64,000 nucleotides of DNA, taken from an uncultured delta proteobacterium. Lineage in GTDB: Bacteria; Desulfobacterota; Zymogenia; Zymogenales; Zymogenaceae. The notes beneath the pieces were generated by a model that was given only the letters and a program-made list of their open reading frames with translations, did not search any database and had not been told where the DNA came from. Location: the NCBI GenBank assembly GCA_963735595.1, contig CAVTLK010000005.1:192001-256000 (forward strand), in the 5' to 3' direction. Below, one piece after another: positions 36,309 to 46,463 of this stretch (position 1 is the stretch's first letter; every line of letters begins with the position of its first letter). The translations under genes and the position numbers were made by a program.

Positions 36309-38945
36309 CTACGGATTAAGGTAATCGCCCGTAAGGAAGTTTGTCCACACCGGGTAGGTCCCGGCCGGGAGCACCGTGGCGCCCAGCGGCGTCGTCGCCG
36401 CGTCGAGGTAATTGCCCGACCAGCCCGCCGACCCGCCATAGGTATTCCCCGTCCAATCGACGCCGTTGCCCGCTCCAGCCGCGGAGATTGACAGGTATAG
36501 CAGGTATTGCGCCACGCTCCCCGTGATGCTCGCCGACACTCCCGACACCGTGAAGGGGTCAAAGGGACTACCAACGAAACCGCTAACCACGTAGACCCCG
36601 TACGCGTTGGCGTCCCCGGCCGCGGTGACCGACCCATTGGTAATCGTGCCGAAGATTTCGCTTGAGTATTCGTAGATGCCGTACGCGTCGCCGCCCATCC
36701 CGGTGGCGTCGACGGCGAGGTCCGAGATCGCGAAGGGGTGGGCCATGCCGCCGATGAAGCCGGGAGTCTCCAGGTAAACCCCGTACGCCGTGTCCCCGGC
36801 CGCGGTGACCGACCCGCCGGCGATGGAACCGAAGATATCGCCGCTAGACACGCGTTCATAGATGCCGTACGCCGTGTCCCCGGCCGCGGTGACCGACCCG
36901 CCGGCGATGGTGCCGAAGATATCGCCGTTATACGCGCATTCATAGATGCCGTACGCATTGCCTGCGGAGCCTGTGGCGTCGACGGTGAGGCCCGAGATCG
37001 CGAAGGGGTCGGCCGTGCCGCCGATGGAGCCGTCGTCCACCTCCAGGTAAACCCCGTACGCCGTGCCCCCGGCCGCGGTGACCGACCCGCCGGCGATGGT
37101 GCCGAAGATATCGCCGTAATACGCGTATTCATAGATGCCGTACGCATTGCCTGCGGAGCCTGTGGCGTCGACGGCGAGGCCGGAGATCGCGAAGGGGTCG
37201 GCCATGCCGCCGATCGAGCCGTCGAACGCGTCCAGGTAAACCCCGTACGCCCGGTTCCCGTCCGCGGTGACCGACCCGCCGGCGATGGAACCGAAGATAT
37301 CGCCGCTAAACACGCGTTCATAGATGCCGTACGCGATACCGCCCGTGCTCGTAACGGTGATGGCGTTGTTGGAAAGGATGAGGTCCGTGATGTAGGACCG
37401 GATGCCGTACGCGTTGCCGGTACCGGAAACGACGATCGTGTTACCGGTGACGGGGTTCAGCGTTGCTCCGCCGCCCGCGTAGATGCCCGTATTGGTTATC
37501 GGGCTGGCGGCCGTGCCGATGGTGTTGTCCGTGATCGTCACGGTGCCGCCGCCGGCGTAGATACCGAAGGCGTTGCCCAGGAAGTCGTTGTCCGTAACCG
37601 TGGACGAGCCGCCCGTGCCGTAGACGCCGCAGGTGCCGGTGAAGGTGTTGTCGTGGATATTCGTGCCCGCGCCGCCGCTGACGATGCCGTACGCGTCGAC
37701 GAAGTTACCGCCGAATATCTCCACGCCGCCGGCCGTGACGTCGATCTCGTATATGTCCGGGGCCGTGAGGTACTGGTTGATGATGACGCCGTAGACGGGG
37801 TGCGCCATGCCGGATCCCCAGATCGTGAGGCCCGAGACGCCGACCGTGCCGCCGCCCGCGTACGCGCCGCCGTCGTCCATCACGTGCACGGTCCTGACCC
37901 CCGAGAGCACGCCGGACGCGCCGTCGTTCATCGCCTCGCCGATGGATTCGTAGGGGTGCTCGAAGGTGCCGTCCCGCGTACCGGCGATATTTTCTGCGTT
38001 CTCGGAGACGAAGACCACGTCCTCGACCAGCGACCCCACTCCGGGCACGCTCGTGTTATTCCCTTCACGGCCGACCCGGACGTCGATGTCACGCCGGACC
38101 GGCTCGACGAGCCGCTCCCTGAGCGTGCGGTCGCCTCCGAGGTGCGAGCGGATGCCCGCAAACGGGTTCTTGCCCTTCACGAGGTTATCGACCGAAAACG
38201 GGACCGTGACGGCGGCCTCACCGTAATACTCATCCCCGCTGAGGTTGTCGTTCCGGTACGCGAAGCCGAACCTGAGGAAATCGGTCGGGACGACCTCGAT
38301 GCGCGACGAGAAGCCGTTCACGTCGTCGACGTAGTCGCCCGAAAAATGATACCCGCCCGCGTATACCCACGTCTCCATGTAGTCGGAAAGGTACGGGACC
38401 TTGAAACCGAGCTCGCCGTCAAACCCGCTGAGCGTCTCCTCGACGGCGCCGCCGTCAAAGTAGATGCCCACGTCCCGGAAGGTGTAGGCGTTCCCCGGCG
38501 AGCCGACCGCGCCAATCCGCGGGCCGGTGACGGCGAAGTAGCCGTTGAACCTCCCGGTGACCCAATCGGTCATCACCTCGGCGCCCAGGCCGACCTGCTC
38601 GTGCCGGGTGCCCCAGCCGGTCCAGCGGCAGTCGTAGTAGCCGTTGACGCCGAGGATAACCTCGTCCGAGAAGAGGAGGTGGCGGTAGCCGAAGCCGAAG
38701 TTCACCTCGGAGCCGTCGCGGTCGTCGAGGCTGTAGCGCGGGTTGAAGAATAGGATGCTCTTATCGCCCTGCCAGAAGGGGACCAGGAGGTCAAACGAGG
38801 TGATCGTCCGGTCGTCCGTGCCGAAGCGCACGGCCGGGCGGAAGTAGACGGAAAGGTCGTCCGTATCCTCAGCGGCCGCTCCCGAGACGGGAAGGGCGAG
38901 CGCCGTGAGGACACACGCGATACCGAGGAGTCGCTTAACGTTCAT
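36309..38945 (-). CDS. Inverse autotransporter (type Ve-like) beta-domain protein with repeat-rich beta-helix passenger
   Basis: Signal peptide; NFGFGYR, GVNGYYD, GLGAE, GFDGE, EPVRRD; DGTFEHPY; AYGIY repeats. Confidence 0.8.
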   Translation of the reverse strand: MNVKRLLGIACVLTALALPVSGAAAEDTDDLSVYFRPAVRFGTDDRTITSFDLLVPFWQGDKSILFFNPRYSLDDRDGSEVNFGFGYRHLLFSDEVILGVNGYYDCRWTGWGTRHEQVGLGAEVMTDWVTGRFNGYFAVTGPRIGAVGSPGNAYTFRDVGIYFDGGAVEETLSGFDGELGFKVPYLSDYMETWVYAGGYHFSGDYVDDVNGFSSRIEVVPTDFLRFGFAYRNDNLSGDEYYGEAAVTVPFSVDNLVKGKNPFAGIRSHLGGDRTLRERLVEPVRRDIDVRVGREGNNTSVPGVGSLVEDVVFVSENAENIAGTRDGTFEHPYESIGEAMNDGASGVLSGVRTVHVMDDGGAYAGGGTVGVSGLTIWGSGMAHPVYGVIINQYLTAPDIYEIDVTAGGVEIFGGNFVDAYGIVSGGAGTNIHDNTFTGTCGVYGTGGSSTVTDNDFLGNAFGIYAGGGTVTITDNTIGTAASPITNTGIYAGGGATLNPVTGNTIVVSGTGNAYGIRSYITDLILSNNAITVTSTGGIAYGIYERVFSGDIFGSIAGGSVTADGNRAYGVYLDAFDGSIGGMADPFAISGLAVDATGSAGNAYGIYEYAYYGDIFGTIAGGSVTAAGGTAYGVYLEVDDGSIGGTADPFAISGLTVDATGSAGNAYGIYECAYNGDIFGTIAGGSVTAAGDTAYGIYERVSSGDIFGSIAGGSVTAAGDTAYGVYLETPGFIGGMAHPFAISDLAVDATGMGGDAYGIYEYSSEIFGTITNGSVTAAGDANAYGVYVVSGFVGSPFDPFTVSGVSASITGSVAQYLLYLSISAAGAGNGVDWTGNTYGGSAGWSGNYLDAATTPLGATVLPAGTYPVWTNFLTGDYLNP
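36560..37335 (-). repeat. Coding tandem repeats of 189, 189, 84 and 186 nt in the passenger
   Basis: TAGATGCCGTACGC anchor recurs at 37321, 37132, 36943, 36859 and 36673. Confidence 0.9.
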
Positions 38946-39129
38946 GGCTAGGTACCTGTGCTATAGGGTAAGTATAGGATCTGACAGGGAGAATGTAAGA
39001 ATTGACAAAACGATGTCATAAATAAAACCGGCTGTCAATAGAAAACATTAACTATAATATATTGTATACAGAAAGCGGCAGGGGTGAAGTGCGGGGCGCC
39101 GGGTGCGGTAACGCGTATACGATTGGATG

Positions 39130-39159
39130 AAAAAAAAGGGGGGAACGGTTTGCCCCCCC
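39130..39159 (-). terminator. Intrinsic terminator
   Basis: Minus strand GGGGGGG-caaaccgtt-CCCCCC-TTTTTTTT. Confidence 0.75.
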
Positions 39160-39235
39160 GATAAACGATGGCTTTACAGCCCAAAAGATTTTATAGAACA
39201 GTGTGTCTGCGTCTGCCGCGAATTACCATAACTAC
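39130..39235 (-). ncRNA. Candidate ~105-nt sigma54-dependent small transcript (sRNA or 12-codon mini-ORF 39191..39229)
   Basis: Bounded by a consensus sigma54 promoter and a terminator, with no larger ORF. Confidence 0.45.
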
Positions 39236-39245
39236 CCCTATAAAG

Positions 39246-39261
39246 AGCAATTCGCGTGCCA
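39246..39261 (-). promoter_or_regulatory. Sigma54 (RpoN) -24/-12 promoter
   Basis: Minus strand TGGCAC-GCGAA-TTGCT; AT-rich IHF-like tract at ~39275-39300. Confidence 0.78.
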
Positions 39262-39512
39262 ATTACGCACGGATTATGAAACTAATTATTTACAATGATT
39301 TCGGCAGGTTAAGCGGGCGCCCTGACGGGGGGGCACTGGCGGTCGGGAGGGGCGTTTCAGGTATGCAACTTTTCCGTCTCACCGTTGCGTTGCGCCGTGC
39401 GGCGGGGAGGTGATCTCAACCATCCGGGCGGGAAAATACGAGGGGGACATACGCCCGGTATGTCCCCCCGTGAATTCAGGTCGGCGAAGACGACGCCGTT
39501 TCCCTCGGCCGG

Positions 39513-40268
39513 CTACTTCTTGGGCACTTTCATGGCGGTAATCATGAATGCCTGGTTCCGGTTTTCGAGGTGGAGCGCCTGCTCGAGCGACGCGCCGTCC
39601 AGGTTCATGTTGATGGCCTCCTTGGTCATCCAGAGGCCGACCGGGTCCTTGGACACCATCTTATTTGCTATCTCGCGGGCCGTATCCATGAGCTTATCCT
39701 TTTCGACGATCCGGCTGACGAAGCCGAGCTCCTTTGCCTCCTGGGCGCTCATGAAGTCGCCGGTCATGAGAAACTCGTAGGCCCTGCCCGTGCCGATGAG
39801 CTTGGGCAGGAAGAAGCTGCTGCAGAGGTCGGCCCCGCCCAGGCCGATATTAATATAGGCTGCGTTGAACCGTGCCTGCGGCGTGACCACGCGGACGTCG
39901 GCGGCCATCGCAAAGCTGAAACCGGCGCCGGCCGCAGCGCCGTGGACGGCGGCGATGACCGGCTGCGGGATGCGGCGCATCTTGTAGTAGAGCATCGAGG
40001 TGCGGCTCTGGTAGAAATAGATGAGATCGGGCGTCACCTCGAAGAGCTGGGTGGCGGTCTCCGTCATATCCAGTCCCGAGCAGAACCCCTTCTCACCCGC
40101 GCCGGTCAGGATCACCACGCGGATGTCCCGGTTGGTGGACAGGGCGCCGAGGAGGTGGTCAAGCTCCTCGATCATCGCCTGGTTGAGCGCGTTGAGCTTG
40201 GCCGGCCGGTTGAGGGTCAAAAGGCCGATCGGCCCGTCCACGGTAAAGGTGATTGTCGTATAGTCCAT
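39513..40268 (-). CDS. Enoyl-CoA hydratase/isomerase family protein
   Basis: LNRPAKLNALN, FCSGLD, PQPVIAAVHGAAAGAG. Confidence 0.92.
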   Translation of the reverse strand: MDYTTITFTVDGPIGLLTLNRPAKLNALNQAMIEELDHLLGALSTNRDIRVVILTGAGEKGFCSGLDMTETATQLFEVTPDLIYFYQSRTSMLYYKMRRIPQPVIAAVHGAAAGAGFSFAMAADVRVVTPQARFNAAYINIGLGGADLCSSFFLPKLIGTGRAYEFLMTGDFMSAQEAKELGFVSRIVEKDKLMDTAREIANKMVSKDPVGLWMTKEAINMNLDGASLEQALHLENRNQAFMITAMKVPKK

Positions 40269-40290
40269 GGGTGCCCCCGTAAAGGTTTGG

Positions 40291-42097
40291 TTAGTCGTCG
40301 AAATGTTCTGGCCTGGCCGAGAGCGTCAGCCCGTCTTTGGAAAGGAGGCTCTTGGCCATCCCCTCGATCTTGGGCAGCTCGTAGGCAAAGAAGAACCGGA
40401 AGGCATACATCTTGCCCGCGTAAAAGGACTCGTCGGACGGACGCGCGCCTTTTGCGAGCGCCGATTGCACCGCCAGCGCCTGCAAAAGCCACTGCCAGGC
40501 AACGGCGATAGTGCCGAAGAACTCCATAAAAAGGGTCGCGTCGGCCAGGAACAGGTCAATGTTGCCGCCCGTGGCTACGCTGACCAGATGGCCGATGACC
40601 TCCTTGAGCCGCTCGACCGCCTTCCTAAGCCCCCCGGCCTGGACAGAGAGCTCCGGATTGGACTCGGCTTTGGCAATGGCCGCATCGAGCTCCGCCACAT
40701 AGAGCGTGAGCGCCTTCCCGTTTTTCATGACGATGTTTCTGCCCAGGAGCGTCAGGGACTGGATGCCGGTGGTCCCCTCGTGGATCGGGTGAATCCGCGT
40801 GTCCCGGTAGTGCTGCTCGATGGGGAATTCATCGCAGTAGCCGTAACCGCCGAGACACTGGAGTGCCTGGCTCACCGAATGAACGGCCATTTCCGCGGGG
40901 TAGGTCTTTGCCACCGGCGTCAGGAGGTCCAGAAGCAGCGAGTAGTTCTCCCGGTCTTCCCCCTCGGTGGAGAGCACGAGGTCGGTCAGGACGGTGCACT
41001 GAAACAGGAGCCCCAGGGAGCCCTCGATGACGGCGCGCTGGAACAGCAGCATCCTCTTTATGTCGGCGTGCTCGATGATCGGGATCTGCGGGATAGAGGG
41101 GTCTTTGGAGGTGATGGGCCTGCCCTGCGGGCGTTCTTTGGTATACTGGAGCGAGGTATAATAGGCCGCCGAGGCGATGGCCGCCGCGTTCATGCCGACG
41201 ACCAGGCGGGCCTCGTTCATCATCTGGAGCATATAGAAAAGCCCGCGGTTCGGTTCGCCGACCAGCCAGCCCCGGCAGTCGCCGTTATCGCCGAGCGAGA
41301 GCTGGGTAATCGGGCATCCCCGGTAGCCCATCTTGTGGTAGATGCCCATGACCGCCAGGTCGTTGGGTACCAGGCCCCCATCATCGCCGAAGCGTTTCTT
41401 CGGGACGATGAACATCGATATCCCCTTCAAGCCCCGGAGGCGAGCCCTCGATGCGCGCCAGCATCATATTGACGACGTTGTCGACACAGTCGTGGTCGGC
41501 CGCCGAGATGAATATCTTCTGTCCCCGAATCAGGTAGTAGTCTTTATCGGTAGGGGTGGCGGTCGTCGTGATATCGCCGACGGAGCTGCCGGCCTGCGGC
41601 TCCGTGAGGGCCATCGTCCCCTGCCACGCGCCCGAAAACAGGAGCGGGATGTAGGTGTCTTTCTGTTCCTGGGAGCCGAAAGACTCCAGGAGGTGCGCCG
41701 CGCCCATGTTGAGGCCGGGATAATTGGAGGCCGAATAGTTGGCGGCCGAAAAGACAAAGGTGGGGATGAGGCCGACCGTAAACGGCAGCTGCTGGCCCCC
41801 GACTTCGGCCGATGCCACCGCCGAGATCCATCCGCCCTCGCCGCACTCCTTCATCAGCCGTTTGACCGACGGGTGCACCTTCACAGCGCCCGCCTCGAAC
41901 CGGGGCGGCTGCTTGTCCATTTCTTCGAAGCAGGGCTTGAGGAGGTCTTTACCCATCTTCATGGCGGTATCGATTACCATATCGATCACCTCGGGGGCGT
42001 GATGGGCGTAACGCGGGTACTTCAGGAGCGACGGCGCGTCAAACACCTCATAGAGCAAGAACTTCAAATTCCTTTCGCTTAAGAATTTCTCGGCCAT
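40291..42097 (-). CDS. Long-type acyl-CoA dehydrogenase (~600 aa); frameshift near 41435
   Basis: GTMALTEPQAGS, GQKIFIS, KGISMFIVPK, MMNEARL, LGGYGY, IHEGTTGIQ. Confidence 0.92.
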
Positions 42098-42428
42098 GGT
42101 CAATCGGCTCCTTATGGTAGATAAAGAGTAATAATCCGTTAGTCCATTAGTCGCGCGTGTCGTGCAACTATAGCAGATGGGGCCCGCCAAATCTAATGGA
42201 TTTTTAGTCGATTTGTTATAGTGGAGCCAAATATTTTATCGCGGCCCCGTGACGGGCGGGTGGCGGGAAAGACAAAGGGGCACGGTATTTGCCGCGCCCC
42301 TTTGTCGTCGATAGACTGATGTGCTGTTTACGGTCGGCCTCCGCCGGTGGGGAGGCTCCGTATTCCGTATACGCCGCCGCTCCGCCCGAACGGAAACTGC
42401 GCGAGGTCCCGCCCGGGCGGCGTTCCCC

Positions 42429-44111
42429 TCACTCGAGATAGGGGCGCAGGTCCAGCTCCTTCTTGACGCCGCCGAGGTCAAGCACTTTTACTGTACCGGC
42501 GTCGCTTTCCGCCCCGATCCCGGGGGTCGCCAGTATCTCCGAAATACCGTCCCCGTCCAGGTCCGCCGTCGCCACGAAGAGCCCGAAGAATGCGTCGAAC
42601 GGGAACGTCTTGAAGAGGATATCGCTCTTCCCATTCATGACCAACAGCTCGGCGGCGGAGTTCTTGTACGGCCCCGGCCCCGCGAGGACCTCGTCGGTAC
42701 CGTTGCCGTCAACGTCGCCGACGGCCGTATTGAGGCCGTAAAGACAACCCCTGCGGAAATAGACCCAGTACCACCGGGACTGCTTCGGCGCCGCGATACC
42801 GCCGGAAAAGTCGACGGCTATAAAATGAGTGCGGTACGCATGCAGGTAGGGCGGTGCGCCAATGATCTCGTCGGAGCCGTTACCGTCGATATCGCCGGCG
42901 GAAACGCGTATACCATGGCGCATATAGACGTAATACTCATCGTTGTGGATAAGGTCGTTGGTCTGAAACTCGACGAGCAGTTGTCCCGTGCCGGTGAAGA
43001 CCCTGATGACCGGGCGGTAGACCTGGCCGGGGCCCAGGCCCGCGATTATCTCGTCTTTACCGTCACCGTCGAGATCACCCGACGCGACGTTTGCGCCGTA
43101 ACTCTTGCCGGGGAACGCAATAAAACTCGTGAGCCGTTTACCCGTACCCGTCAGGACCGTGATGAGCGTATCGTTTTTACGGTACGGCCCCCTGGCCGCG
43201 ATGATCTCGTCGGCGCCGTCGCCGTCGAGATCGCCCGCCGCAAGGTTGGCCCCGTACGGTGACTGCACCTCAAACGCGGTGAAACGGTCCACGGGGACAC
43301 CGTCACCGGTAAACACGAGGATCTCCGAATCGTTTCCCTCGGCCGGGCCCCTGTTAACCAGTATCTCGTCCTTCCCGTCGCCGTTTACGTCTCCTGAACA
43401 AAGAACCATGGTGTTTCCATAGGTACTATAGCGCTCAAATCCCTGCCGACCCACGCGAAAGTCGGACATGAGGCCCGGCACGAGCAGCGTCAGGGCGACA
43501 ATCGCCACCGTGCCGTGCATAACGCCGAGCGCGAATATATTCCTGTTTCGAGAAAAGAGGGAGCAGAACAGGAGCCCCCCGATCGACGTAAAAACTACCA
43601 GGGCCGTGTTGGGCACGTGTAACAGCGAAAAGATGGCCGCGGCCGAAATAGTGGCGGCATAGTTATTGGCGAGTATTTTTCTTAGCCTCAGATAGAGAAA
43701 ACTATTGAGGGCCAATTGCTGCAGGGAGCCCCAGAAGATATACCCGAGCCAGTCCAGCAAGACCCTTCCGAGGTCATGGGGTCTGTAACTCTCCCGATAG
43801 AACATGAAGATACAGAGGATGGCCGCGATGCAGAAGAGCGTTGCGACCCCGACTTCCTTGAAGGACCGGCCTAGGTTATCGACCCGGATGCCCAGATCCT
43901 TGAGCGTGTCTTCGTGCACGAAAAAGCCGCTGAGGAATACGAGGCCGGAGACGATACCCGCGAGGGTGGACAGATACGGGCCCCAGTAGTAGAAACGGAG
44001 CACCCATATAATAAGAAATATGCCGCCCAGCACGATACACAATTCACCCAGCGTATAGAGCCGGGGGCTCTTGTGATACAACTCCCGCAGAAACGTTATC
44101 GGTCTTGGCAT
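42429..44111 (-). CDS. CPBP/Abi-like intramembrane domain fused to FG-GAP-like repeats
   Basis: About 8 TMs with FSLLH.PN and MHG; five GD(V/L/I)(D/N)G(D/N)G.(D/S)E repeats. Confidence 0.75.
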   Translation of the reverse strand: MPRPITFLRELYHKSPRLYTLGELCIVLGGIFLIIWVLRFYYWGPYLSTLAGIVSGLVFLSGFFVHEDTLKDLGIRVDNLGRSFKEVGVATLFCIAAILCIFMFYRESYRPHDLGRVLLDWLGYIFWGSLQQLALNSFLYLRLRKILANNYAATISAAAIFSLLHVPNTALVVFTSIGGLLFCSLFSRNRNIFALGVMHGTVAIVALTLLVPGLMSDFRVGRQGFERYSTYGNTMVLCSGDVNGDGKDEILVNRGPAEGNDSEILVFTGDGVPVDRFTAFEVQSPYGANLAAGDLDGDGADEIIAARGPYRKNDTLITVLTGTGKRLTSFIAFPGKSYGANVASGDLDGDGKDEIIAGLGPGQVYRPVIRVFTGTGQLLVEFQTNDLIHNDEYYVYMRHGIRVSAGDIDGNGSDEIIGAPPYLHAYRTHFIAVDFSGGIAAPKQSRWYWVYFRRGCLYGLNTAVGDVDGNGTDEVLAGPGPYKNSAAELLVMNGKSDILFKTFPFDAFFGLFVATADLDGDGISEILATPGIGAESDAGTVKVLDLGGVKKELDLRPYLE

Positions 44112-44367
44112 ATATCAATTCCTCTCGAAGGCCGGCAGCATTGAATGACGGTGCCCCGCGGCGGGAAGACAAAGACGGCCCGACCGCATCATCTCTCCCT
44201 TTTTATCCGCAATCGCGCGGTTACGGCATTGTGGTGAATTAGAATAGCCAATTATCATGACATAAATCAAGTAAAAAGGGGCGGCGGGGCGGCTTTGCGT
44301 TGTTATAAGGTCTCGGGAATGGGCGATGGGAGAATGTTTCGGACGTACCGGGGTCATGCCGGGATCG

Positions 44368-44451
44368 GGAATTACAGGGACACGTACCTAATTCCTATTT
44401 AGTTTGCTTAAACGGAACGCCCATGAATTAGGTACGCGTCCCCGTAATTCC
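44368..44451. repeat. 84-bp palindromic MITE/REP-like element with 27-bp arms
   Basis: GGAATTACAGGGACACGTACCTAATTC ... GAATTAGGTACGCGTCCCCGTAATTCC (2 mismatches). Confidence 0.8.
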
Positions 44452-44473
44452 GTTACTTAATAAAACAGTGTCC

Positions 44474-44510
44474 GAGATCGCCACGGCCCCTTCGGGCCCT
44501 CGCGATGACA
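44474..44510. repeat. Half of a GTCATTGCGAG/CTCGCAATGAC-type REP
   Basis: GCCACGGCCCCTTCGGGCCCTCGCGATGAC matches the copies at 55701 and 56610. Confidence 0.7.
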
Positions 44511-44646
44511 CTTCCTTGAATATCGGTCTTTGTCAACGGTCTGGCCCTGTCACATGACAGGGTATTATTTTGCTTCCTGGTTGGTATCGGAATCGGTATC
44601 AGAGGCTAAAAAAGCGGAGGGTCTTGTTTGCAGCCGCTTGAAATAA

Positions 44647-44725
<79 letters not shown>

Positions 44726-44834
44726 ATAGATAAATTATACCGCAACGCCCGTAATAAAATCAAGCCGGTACAGAGCGTCCGGCTCACGAGCTGCCCGTTT
44801 GACACGGGCGCGAGAGGATACACACAACGGTCCC

Positions 44835-46193
44835 CTAATCGGCCGCCGCAACCTGCTGACTCCTGCCGTGCCCCCCCCTCCTTCGTTTCCTCCTGGGTGC
44901 GCGGATAAGCCTCTTGAGGGGCTCAAATCCGTCGGGGCCGGGGGGCCATGGAGCGTTGGGAAAGGCACCGGAGGCCTTTGTGGTGATGGCAAGAAGGTCG
45001 AAGGCTTCCGGGAAGTGGACCTTGTGCCTGAGGTTCGATGAGATATGGCCGTGCTCGAGCATCCCGAGCATCTTCCAGTTCATATATAAGAGATGGCGCA
45101 TGTTGTCCACGGTGCGCTTGGAGACCCCCACCCCGGACAGTGATTGCGACAGGAAACCGCCGATGAGCCGGGGTATATCGACCTTCGCCTCCGGCAAACG
45201 GGTATGCGAACGCACCATCGCCGTTACCACCGGAATCATGGGGACACTGAACAGAAAGGGGACGGAAAATTCCCTTCCCGACCGGGTCATCGCATCCAGC
45301 AGCCCGAGGCAGGAGTAAAACGATTCCGCTATGACCTCCTGCTCGTCAACGGCCCGGTGCATCTCGGGAAACAGGACTTCCAGAATACCGTATTCTTTGA
45401 AGAGCCGGAGGGTTTCCCGGGAATACCCTCCCTTCAGCTCCTTGACAAGCTCTTCGTGAAAACGCGCGGCCGAGCAGTGGACAAGATTATTGCTCATCTC
45501 TTTGATGGCCTGCCGGGTTTGAGGCTCGATGGTGAACCCGGTTCGCGCGGAGTGCCTGATGGCGCGGATGATCCGCACCGGGTCTTCGGTGATCCGGGTT
45601 TTCGGGTCGCCGATCATCCTGATGACTTTATTCCGCAGGTCCTCAAGGCCCCCCACGTAATCGATGATCGTATAGTCTTTAATGTTGTAGAACAACCCGT
45701 TTATGGTGATGTCCCGGCGAAAAGCGTCTTCCTGCGGTGTGCCGAAGGTATTGTCCCGCATCATGGGAAGGCCGGGACGCGATTCGTCCTCCTCGGCCTT
45801 TTTTCGGAAGGTAGTTACCTCAACGATCTTATTGTCTCGAAACCGGATGTGTACGATCTTGAAGCGCCGCCCGATGATGACGCTGTTGGCAAACAACCTC
45901 CTGATCTCCTTCGGGTCGGCGTCCGTGCCTACGTCGAAATCTTTCGGTTTTCTTCCCAGGAGGAGATCACGAACCCCGCCTCCGACCAGATAGGCCTTGA
46001 AGCCGTGGTTGTGCAAACGGTACAGCACCTTAAGGGCGTCCGGATCGATATTCCGCCTGGAAATCGGGTGTTTGTCTCTGGAGACGATTACCGGCTCAGG
46101 CGTCAGCTGCGCTGAAGGGAGGCTTTCCCTCTCAGGCTGCTGAGCTCCAAAAGAGGAGAAAATCTCGGAAATTGTATTTTTTAGCCAGCCCAC
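44835..46193 (-). CDS. pcnB: Poly(A) polymerase I
   Basis: LVGGGVRDLLLG..PKDFD, IIGRRF..VH (PAP-specific), EVTTFR, RRDITIN, EDPVR. Confidence 0.9.
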   Translation of the reverse strand: MGWLKNTISEIFSSFGAQQPERESLPSAQLTPEPVIVSRDKHPISRRNIDPDALKVLYRLHNHGFKAYLVGGGVRDLLLGRKPKDFDVGTDADPKEIRRLFANSVIIGRRFKIVHIRFRDNKIVEVTTFRKKAEEDESRPGLPMMRDNTFGTPQEDAFRRDITINGLFYNIKDYTIIDYVGGLEDLRNKVIRMIGDPKTRITEDPVRIIRAIRHSARTGFTIEPQTRQAIKEMSNNLVHCSAARFHEELVKELKGGYSRETLRLFKEYGILEVLFPEMHRAVDEQEVIAESFYSCLGLLDAMTRSGREFSVPFLFSVPMIPVVTAMVRSHTRLPEAKVDIPRLIGGFLSQSLSGVGVSKRTVDNMRHLLYMNWKMLGMLEHGHISSNLRHKVHFPEAFDLLAITTKASGAFPNAPWPPGPDGFEPLKRLIRAPRRKRRRGGHGRSQQVAAAD

Positions 46194-46463
46194 GTAGTCA
46201 CAATGATGATGAGGTTCAACAAATAACGGCTCGAATAGTCACATTACCCGCTATCATAGGCGATATCTTACAATATATCAATAGTTTTTATTACGTTCGC
46301 GTAGTTTTTACCAAGAGGGCTATCGGCCGGACTACACAGTCAGCATTGCTTCTGCGCAGCCGTCAAAATGGGTAGTCCTCCTATCGCGGGTGACTTTGCG
46401 AACTTACCAGTACTATGATTTATCCCGTATCAGGTTACGCACGTCGAACAATAAAGCCAAGAC

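Noticed and set aside
36560..37335. Bona fide diversity-generating retroelement
   Set aside because: No reverse transcriptase, Avd or non-coding template repeat in the window, and some differences are C/T with no adenine-bearing copy seen
35984..38753. Long alternative ORFs 35984..37321 (-) and 36738..38753 (+)
   Set aside because: Stop-free shadows of a high-GC repetitive gene with no protein-like motifs
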